64,000 nt of DNA from a virus (taxonomy: Duplodnaviria; Caudoviricetes): positions 64,001-128,000 of IMG/VR virus record IMGVR_UViG_3300036966_000119; one strand, 5' to 3'. The notes beneath the pieces were generated by a model. It was not told where the DNA came from. It worked only from the letters and a program-made list of their open reading frames with translations, and ran no database searches. Below, one piece after another: positions 18,817 through 28,100 of this stretch (positions are counted from its first letter, which is position 1; each line of letters opens with the position of its first letter). Position numbers and translations under genes: made by a program.

Positions 18817-19380
18817 TTATAATTCAGATTTCTTTCCTTCCATGACATTCAACGAAAAGTTTTCAATCATTGCTAAACATAATTTGACAGTGTACTCTTG
18901 ATCGACATCAGGATATGTTCTTATCGTATTTTCGATAATATGATTTGTTGATTGTTTATTAGGTATCTTCATTCCTTGGGATAACAATACCTCAATATTT
19001 ATATTCTCGAGAATTGTTTCTCTCATCATCTTTGAGATATTTGGAGTTGGCATAACTGGATTATTTGAAACTGCTCTAAGTTCATTAAGAGCTTGCTTGG
19101 TAGAGGATGCAACCTCCTTGATATCTTGTTTGGCTTGGTCAGTACTGCTGGATAACGATCCTATGTTACCATTGATAACTGATAAAGCACGTTTAATATC
19201 ATCATGTGAGTTATCGTATTTCTCATCTTTTTTAATAAGAACGAACATCATACGAGATAATTCATTCATTCTGTTTTGCATCTTTATGAGCATTGAAAAT
19301 AGAACAAAGATGAATGTTAATACAATGAATGCTATTGTACTAAGTACAATGTAATCGAGTGTGGTTAAGTTTTCAAACAT
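18817..19380 (-). CDS. Membrane-anchored coiled-coil protein
   Basis: N-terminal TM helix YIVLSTIAFIVLTFIFVLFSMLI; AGGAGG RBS. Confidence 0.7.
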   Translation of the reverse strand: MFENLTTLDYIVLSTIAFIVLTFIFVLFSMLIKMQNRMNELSRMMFVLIKKDEKYDNSHDDIKRALSVINGNIGSLSSSTDQAKQDIKEVASSTKQALNELRAVSNNPVMPTPNISKMMRETILENINIEVLLSQGMKIPNKQSTNHIIENTIRTYPDVDQEYTVKLCLAMIENFSLNVMEGKKSEL

Positions 19381-19429
19381 AGGTAAAACCTCCTAAAATA
19401 AAATTTAATAAAGAACGGATGTGTTTATA

Positions 19430-20734
19430 ATGAATAGTACCCAGCTTGATATTGTTAAAGCTCTCATTGAGAAAAAGAAATATGACGTCATAACTGAGTA
19501 TGCTCATGTGTGTCATCCTGAAAAGGGTGTTATAGTTGTTAATGAGTATGCTGGAAATGGTGTACGTGTCTACAAAGACAACAAGGGACAGACAAGAGTG
19601 TTATGTCCGAAGGATATCTCAGTAGTACAGGAAGGTCATGTTGCTCAGGCTATTGCAAATGGTACCATCTTTGATGATGCTGATGAAGTAGATAATAATG
19701 CAACAATGATCGAAAGAACATCTATACCATATGATGCAATGGTTAATGCTGGTAAGGATACACCAAAGCAGCTTAAACCAATGATTGCAATAGTAATCGG
19801 TAAGATGGATGATAACGGCTCCTTCAGTGTATCTGATGCTGATCGCGAAAATGGTGTTAACTTCGTACGTGATCTCTGTGATAAGGAAAAGTGTCCTGAA
19901 ACAAATGATGTTGTAGATCATTATCTTGATAAGGATAAGGATTCATTCTATTCTCCTGAGATGGGTAAAAGTCTTACTGAACTTGATAACGAAGTAGACG
20001 ATATCGTATCCACAAGTCCTGAGGATGTTGTATCTGATAATGATACTGTTGATTCATATGATGATTACAACATGGAAGAAATCGAATCTGATCCGGTTCC
20101 TGAAGATGCTAACGAAGAATCCGATGAGGATGAGTGTGTTGACGGAAAGGAATGCTCTGACGATGATGAAGGGTCTGAAGAAGAAACCGAAACAGATGAT
20201 GATACTTACGATGATGAAAACGGTTATGATGCTGAACCTGAACCGGATCCCGATGATTATGATAACGATACTGTTGAAGAGTGTGGTGACACCGAAACAG
20301 TAGAAGAGAGTTGTGGTACAAAGAGTTGTACTGTTAAAGAAAATCCCGATAAACAGGAATTCACATTACCAAAAACTACAGAAACTGACAAACCTGGTAC
20401 GATCGTTCAACAGGAAGGTTTCTTAACAAAGAAACCCAAGAAGCTCAAACCCATCGGTAGAGATGTCGTAGCATACATAACCGTCGAAATGAATGATATA
20501 CATTCAGCAAATGATCAGGCTATGTTAGCTGGATATACATGTTCTAAGATAGAACTCGTAGACTTCTATATTACATGTCTTGATTCTCAGGACGCTCGTT
20601 ACATCGTACCACACAACAAACAGTATCTTGTTCAGATGAAGACTGATCTTGAAAGATTACTTGCTCAGATACTGAAGATACGTCCTATCAACAGAACTGA
20701 ACAGATATGGCGTGTTAATTATCCTACAACATAA
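19430..20734 (+). CDS. Putative head protein with very acidic central tract
   Basis: D/E-rich region; VVQEG and VQQEG motifs. Confidence 0.65.
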   Translation: MNSTQLDIVKALIEKKKYDVITEYAHVCHPEKGVIVVNEYAGNGVRVYKDNKGQTRVLCPKDISVVQEGHVAQAIANGTIFDDADEVDNNATMIERTSIPYDAMVNAGKDTPKQLKPMIAIVIGKMDDNGSFSVSDADRENGVNFVRDLCDKEKCPETNDVVDHYLDKDKDSFYSPEMGKSLTELDNEVDDIVSTSPEDVVSDNDTVDSYDDYNMEEIESDPVPEDANEESDEDECVDGKECSDDDEGSEEETETDDDTYDDENGYDAEPEPDPDDYDNDTVEECGDTETVEESCGTKSCTVKENPDKQEFTLPKTTETDKPGTIVQQEGFLTKKPKKLKPIGRDVVAYITVEMNDIHSANDQAMLAGYTCSKIELVDFYITCLDSQDARYIVPHNKQYLVQMKTDLERLLAQILKIRPINRTEQIWRVNYPTT

Positions 20735-20752
20735 TGAAGGAGGGGTGGAATA

Positions 20753-21328
20753 ATGATTTCAGCTAATGATTTAGAAACACGTAAATGTGTCGCTAATAAC
20801 AAAAACTTATTTGAAGATGTTTCAAAGAGCTATGTAAATGCAAAGGAAATATATCGTACTCAGTATAGCGTATTAAACTATGACATGATCCTCGATCAGA
20901 TGATAGAGTTCGTTGACGGTTATAAGCAGTATGCTGACTCCGATAAACATGATTATGATGGAAAGGTTCTTCGCATCTCTCAGAAGTTCTATGATAATAT
21001 GTTTACAGATAAAAAGTATCGTAAGATTATTAATCTTGAACAATACAAAGAGATGAACACATCATATCTTAAGAAGACGAAGACACTTCAAACAATCATC
21101 GAAACATATCTCAAGGACAAAACTATATCTGCTGAGATGGATTCATTGATTCGTCTTACAAATAATCAGTATAAAAAGCTGGCCAAGGTTTGCAGAGATG
21201 ACATGAAGATATATCTTTGGTTAACTACTTCCGGTTCCAAGTTCTTTGCATATCATCTTGATGAAGGAACACGCTCTCAATATGCAAATAAGAAAGCACC
21301 TGTTATGCATAAGCATGTTCCTAAATAA
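20753..21328 (+). CDS. Hypothetical protein
   Basis: 191-aa ORF with AAGGAGG RBS. Confidence 0.7.
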   Translation: MISANDLETRKCVANNKNLFEDVSKSYVNAKEIYRTQYSVLNYDMILDQMIEFVDGYKQYADSDKHDYDGKVLRISQKFYDNMFTDKKYRKIINLEQYKEMNTSYLKKTKTLQTIIETYLKDKTISAEMDSLIRLTNNQYKKLAKVCRDDMKIYLWLTTSGSKFFAYHLDEGTRSQYANKKAPVMHKHVPK

Positions 21329-21349
21329 TCGATACTTGGAGGTGATGTT

Positions 21350-22111
21350 ATGAATATAACAGATGTTGTTAATGACATCAAATTCTCACAAGGTCTGAAT
21401 GAGATTGCTTTACCATATAAAACACCAGTTGAAAATGTTATCCAAGAGATATTAAAGATAACTGTACGTGAATGGTCTGAATTGAAACCATACATTCGTG
21501 AATGTGAAACTTCAAAAGAGTTATTGTACTCACCAAGTGAATTCCTCAAGAAGAATGATATCTACATTCTACCATCTGATTTGACAATAACACGTGTCAA
21601 AACTGCATGGGCTGTACCGTGTTCGTCACAGTACCAAACACAGGAAGCAATGACAAACACTTTTACAGTTGGAACACCGTTTGTTGGCTTTGGTTCTTAC
21701 TATCCACAGGATATTACTAATGCCACAATGACTGGTGCTGCAATAAACAAGTATGCCGGTGTAACTTCACAACAGCCTACTTCAAGATATTTGGGAAATA
21801 ACAGAATCAAATTCTTTAATTTCCCTGACAGGTGTGCAATAAAGATAACTGCAAAATGTTATCATGAACCATCATTGGAAACAATTCCGGACACACAATA
21901 TTTGTCATTCGTTGAGTTGGCAACGCTTGATGTACAACGTACACTGTACAACAATCTCAAGAATATGGAAAACGTTGGTTCTGCTTTTAAAGACATACAA
22001 ACCAAAATAGGTGAATGGTCTGGTGCAGAACAAGCTCAAAAAGATTGGCTTAAGAATGCCAAGGAACGTTTCCATATTGATGACGTTGCTGAGTTAGTGC
22101 AATTCTTTTAA
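21350..22111 (+). CDS. Putative neck/head-tail adaptor protein (T4 gp13-like)
   Basis: Size, position and a neck-like layout (N-terminal helices, YILP, beta-rich core, C-terminal helix). The family call is tentative. Confidence 0.45.
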   Translation: MNITDVVNDIKFSQGLNEIALPYKTPVENVIQEILKITVREWSELKPYIRECETSKELLYSPSEFLKKNDIYILPSDLTITRVKTAWAVPCSSQYQTQEAMTNTFTVGTPFVGFGSYYPQDITNATMTGAAINKYAGVTSQQPTSRYLGNNRIKFFNFPDRCAIKITAKCYHEPSLETIPDTQYLSFVELATLDVQRTLYNNLKNMENVGSAFKDIQTKIGEWSGAEQAQKDWLKNAKERFHIDDVAELVQFF

Positions 22112-22118
22112 TACGTGG

Positions 22119-22146
22119 GAATGGGCACGTAATGTGCCCATTCTTC
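22119..22146 (+). terminator. Hairpin terminator
   Basis: GAATGGGCAC-GTAAT-GTGCCCATTC-TT. Confidence 0.65.
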
Positions 22147-22190
22147 TTAATATATAATCTATTATGATTACCAAAGGAGGTGGGTGTTGA

Positions 22191-25100
22191 ATGAATAGAT
22201 TAGTTTCACGTAGTTTGGAAATACTCGGACAGGCTACAAAAGAAATAGGTCAGGATTATACTTCTAATTTGACTTCATTTGTCAATGATGCAAAGAACGT
22301 TAAAGATTCTATAGTAAAATCTACTACTGATGCTTCTGATACTTTTGCTAAACTTAAGACTACTAATATTACTAAGAAAATATCTGACTGGTTCTATCAA
22401 GAAGAGAATTCTTCTGATGCTTCTGGCGATGAATTCGATCCTGGATTCAAAATAGATTCAAGTGAAGACGAGGCTACTTTGGATGGTGATAAGAAACCAA
22501 CCGTCTTGAGCACTGATTCTATGTCTGGCATTATAGAGAAGCAGTCTGGTATGATGGTCAAGATAGGCCGCAGACAAACTGAACAATCTATAGCCAACAC
22601 AGCCGAAGTCATTTCTGTTCTCAACAGTAGAACTTCAGAAATGATAACATCGATGAATAATATCAATAAGAGTCTTATTGGTATTAGTGACAAACTCGAT
22701 AAACTTATTAAAATTCAAACCGTTGAAATTGAAGAAAATAAGACTGAAGATAAATCCGGTATATATGACTCATCAGGAAATCTTTCATTGATGAGAATCT
22801 TTGAACAAGCTAAACAGAATATGTCAAACAATTCTGTTGTATCTACTGCTCAAATGATGGGTCAAATGATAACCGGTGGTGGTGGACCTGTAGACGTAGC
22901 CAAGTTCCTTATGGGATTTGGTTTAGGTAAACCATTAAACGCCCTTGGTGGTGAATCAATCGATTCATTGGGTAAGAAATTCAATGAAATGACTGGTGCA
23001 AGCATTCAGATTGGTTTAAATGAGGCTATAAAGTCTGGTCCATTCAAAGCATTATTCGGTAACATTGCACAGTTTGAAGGCGATAAAGACTATGGTACAA
23101 TAGCTGCTAATAATTATACCACCAAGAAAGCAATGTTTGATGGAATGACACGTATGTCCATTGTGAATATCATTCCTGAATATCTTGCTAAAATTAACCA
23201 GGCTCTTTCCGGCGAAACATGGCATGTTGATCCACGAGGCAGACTGGTAAAGAGACCTGTTGAAAATAAATTCAATGAAGTAACACGTAACGCATTTGCT
23301 TCATCTGGTATATCATCATCTGCACAGAATAAGATTCTTGCTACTGGACAAAGAAAGTTCGGTGATAAGATATCTGCAAATGATATAAATGAAGCTGGCA
23401 GAGCTTTGTGTGGTGCCATCGTAATGTTTAAACATTACAACGGTAACAGTGAAGGATCTTTCTCTGTATCTGATCTTAAGAAAGATATGTCACAGTACAT
23501 ATTCTCTGCAGTAAATACGTTGTGTAATACACCCGGTAGAAATGATCCTGAATACTGGTATTCTGTTTGTCAGATGATCGTTTCTCAACTTGCATCTGGA
23601 TTAATGGATGCGTCACAGTTCGTTCGTAATGTCAATACATCTCTTGATAATATGAAGAGGTCTGCTATTGAGGTTGCTAAGTCTGGTAAACCAGAGGCAC
23701 TCCAAGCAGGCAGACTCACCAATGACATTATGATTGAACAATGGATTGCAACACATCAAGATGCAAACAAAAACAATCAACAAACATCAACACAGACACA
23801 ACCAACTCCGACACCAACGCCAACGGATGGAAATGCAAAGGTTGAAAGAGTTGATAAATATTACATTGATGGAAAGCATACAACAGGTGATTTCATTCGT
23901 GGTATCTTCGGTATACTCAACAGAGGTATCAATGTAAAGGTTCTTGACAGGAACGATACCTCATGGAAATTCGAAGATTATGACCTTGAACGTCAGACGG
24001 TTAAACAAGAGATTATTGATAGTAAAGCAGCTGAGCTGTTTGGTCAGTGGGTTGCTGGTGGCAAAGACAATAAGATCGGTGATGTTATCCGTGATGGTAT
24101 CAAGGACAGTCTGGAATCAATGAAGAATGGCGGTACCGTTGGTCAAGCTGCTGGTGCTGCTGTACAAGGAGCACAACAAGGATTATTATCAAATATGATG
24201 AGTATGATGGATGCTGCTTCCTTGAGAGATCTGACATCTAAATTCATCAATGGTGACTATAAGGGATTCTTCAAAGAAGGTGGTAAGGGACGTGAAATGT
24301 TCAATACCGCCAAATCTAAAGTTTCAGACATATTCGGAAGAACACGTGAACAAGTAACAGGTGCTCTCGGAGCATCATCATTAACTCTTGATAGACGTGT
24401 GACTGGTGCTGCATTAAGAGCCAGGGATGCAGTCATCGGTGAAGATGGTCTTGTAGATAGAGGAAAAGGTTTACTTGGTAGAGCATCTGATGCTCTCAAT
24501 AGCAATCCTTTGTTCCAAAGAATAAAAGGTACCGCAGAGCGTGCTGCTAATAATATACAATATAACAGAGACAACATGGCTCTCAGTTCAGCCAGAGGAA
24601 GTCTCGATAATCTTGATACTGATGCTATCGAAAACTTCGAAGATAGAATGTCTGCAGAAGCAGCATTGATGTATTATAAACGCGGAGAATACGATGAAGC
24701 TCGTATAGAAGCAAATAAGATTAGCAATGAGCGTCTTATAAAATACATCGATGAACGTATCAAGAAAATAAAAGACATTACCGAAAAGCGTGAAAAGGGT
24801 CAAACTGCTCTTGAGAATGGTGAAACACCTGACATAGGTGCAACATTACAAACAGCTCCAGAGTCTGCTACTGATGGTGCGGATGCAGAAAAGAAGAATC
24901 CTGTTGTTAAGGTTCTCAAGAAAGGTTTCTCTCTCATAGGTAAATGGTTTAAGAAATCTGCTGAACTCATTCAGAATGGTTCCATAGATATAATCTTTGG
25001 TCTTAAGACTCTCGGCAGTGGACTCAAACAAACTTTCTCTATACTCGGTAATAGCTTAAAGAAAACACTCAAACCTGTAAAGGATGCTATCGCTAAAGTC

Positions 25101-28100
25101 GGTAAGACAATCAAGGGTGCTGTAACTGGGGCATTCTCTAAGATGGGTGATCTGTTCAGTAAACTTAAGCCACGTAGAGATGGTGAATCTGAATCCGGTG
25201 AAGGTAATGAAGAACAAAAGAGATCCCTTGGCGAACGTCTTGGTGATAAGATAAGAAATAGTGGTACTTTCGGTGCAAGCTTCATGACAGGTTTTGATGA
25301 GGCTCGTGCTGCAAAGAAGAAATTATCTGAAGCACAAGAAAGAGCTTCTTCATTCGTAAACCGTTCTGTTGGTGATATCATGGATGTCATCACAGGTAAG
25401 AAAGTCATGGAGAACTCTCCGTTCAATCAGTTGCTCGATGTCCTCAAAGGATTCAGAAGTGATGTCAATGGCAATCACGAAGAAGAAATGAAGGCACAGC
25501 AAGATGGCGATGAAGATGCTAAAAATAATACTGAGGGTGGTGAAGAAGGCGAAGGTGGTGTCCACAATTTACGTGGTGCTATTGATGCTGTAACCGGAGC
25601 CGATGGTGGTGCCGGTGGCATGAAGGGTCTTGTTGAAGGTATCGGTAAATCACTCGGTGGTATAACACAAATCTTGATGGGTATTGGTGAAGCTGCACTC
25701 GGTGTTATTATGGGAATGGAAGGCTTCAAGTCTCTCATGAACATAGGTACCGAACTTCTTCAGGATATTCTTGAGCCTATTGATAAGATATTCAAGACAC
25801 TCAAGAAGACAATCGATTCAATACTCAAACCTTTGAAGGACGGTTTACATGACATAATTGAAACACTGGTCAATGTTGTAACATCAATCGTTGATATATT
25901 GAAGCCAATAATCGGCATGGTTAAACAATTACTCGATGTCGTTGTTGGTGTAATACTTGAAGTAATACAGAAGGTATCTGATGTATTGAATACAGTCGTA
26001 GATCTTTTAGCATCAGTTGTTGAAAGTATCGTTGACTTACTCGTTCCATTGTTAGAAGCAATTTCTGATATAATAAACATGTTATTGGAAATCGTTGTAC
26101 CTATTCTGGATGCAGTAAGTAGTGCTGTAAATGCGGTTATATCAATACTTAATCCTATACTTGATCTCATCAGTGTTATTCTTGATGCTGTTCTTGTTCC
26201 TATACTGCTCATACTCGATATAATCCAACCAGTAATTGAAGGCATTGGATATACAATGAAGATTGTATCTGGTGTTCTCCAGCTTGGCATGGGTATCATA
26301 ATCGGTATACTCGGTTCATTGCTCAAGGGTATGGGTCTCATAGTAAGTGCTGTTGGTGCTATACCGATGGTACCTGATTCAGTAGGTGAACTCGGCGATC
26401 AAATAGAGTCTACAGCTGATGGAATGCTCGATTCTTCCAAGGACCTTATTTCTGGTGGTATTGAACAGATGAAGGAGGGCCTTAATGGCATCGTATCTCT
26501 TGCAAAGGGACTTGTCAAGACCATTACTGGAGATGAAGAGGAAGACGTTCAACAGGAAGAACCAGAAGAATCAGATACATCCGATGTTAAGCTCAATACA
26601 ACAGACTTCGGTGCTGGTGATGTAAATTCAAATACAATAAACAACTCATGGTCATATACATATGGATCTGGTAATACAAGCACAACTATGAATCAGCATT
26701 CATATGGTGGATACATGAATATGTCAGAACGTGGATGCGGTCCTGTCGTTCTGGCAGACGCATATAACCGTCGAAATGGCGGTAGAATGAATCCTGCTAC
26801 ATTGGCGGCTTCTATGATGGGTAGTGGAACATATGACCCAAGACGTGGTACATCAGTTGGATCAATGATCGATACTGGTAATGCTATAGGTATGGGTATG
26901 CGTATGGGTGGAGTTACACAACAATCACTCAAACAAGCTTCACCATCTAATCCAATAACTGTTCTTGGTTCTGGTACTGGATTCGGTACTAAGGCTGGAA
27001 ATAATCACTATGTCAACGTAATAGGCACTGACAAGAATGGTGGTGCTTATGTTGCTAATCCGATGACTGGTCGTGTTGAACGTCAGTCTGCTACAAATCT
27101 TGCTCTCAATTCTAAACTTGGACTCTATGGTTCAGGTGATAATGAATACGAGCAGTACGGTTTCTCCGATGAATTGACAGATTCATTTACTGCACTCAAG
27201 GAGCTCACTGCACAGCTTACAGGAATATTCCAAGGTCCTTCAAAGGAAGATGAAATTGCTGAACAGCGTGCAATGCAAAAGGATGCTGAAAGTGCTAAGA
27301 CAATCAGTAATAATCTTACTGAAGAAGAATACTCTGCTCTTGAACAGGAAGCTCGTACTAAGCTTGAGACAGACAATCCTAAACGTGATGGTGAATCGGA
27401 TGAAGATTATCAGAAGCGTATCGAAAAGCTCTGGACTACGAAGGGTAACTCAATCATAGTTGAACTTGGCGGTCAACAGTATGCAGATAAGGTTTCTGAA
27501 AGAACTGCTCTCACATTATCTGGTGCTGAATCAATGCAAGAAGCACATAGTAGTATGCTTGAAGGAATGCATGCTGCATCAGGCGCAAATCTTAAAGCAA
27601 CATCCGGAGACGGTGCTGTTGCTGTTATGGCACCATATGATCCAATAAGATATACAGAACCAAACATCGATACATCCACCTCTCCGGCATCGGGTGCATC
27701 ACCTGTACATGACTTCTTCTCTGCAACATCTGGTTCAGAAGCATATTCAACAAATGGATTATGGTTCGAAAAATCAGATGTACCTGTATCAAAAGAAGGT
27801 GTTGGTTCAAAGGGTAACAATCATGAAGGTATTGGTATTCGTTTCGTAAAGGATGATCCAGAAATTCATGCTATCACAAATGGTACCGTAACATATATGA
27901 GTACTGGTGGTAAGTATGGTGGACAGGATCCTAACGGTGGTCTTGGTAACCATGTTAAGTGGCGTGACGATGCTGGTATGTATCACTGGTATTTACATCT
28001 TAATGATATTGATAAGAATATCAAGGAGGGTTCGAATATCGAAGCAGGTCAGCTTATAGGACATGCTGGTTCAACTGGTGCTACAGGATATGACAACGAA

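Noticed and set aside
18817-19380. Holin or spanin call
   Set aside because: A single TM plus coiled coil is compatible, but there is no adjacent endolysin or diagnostic motif.
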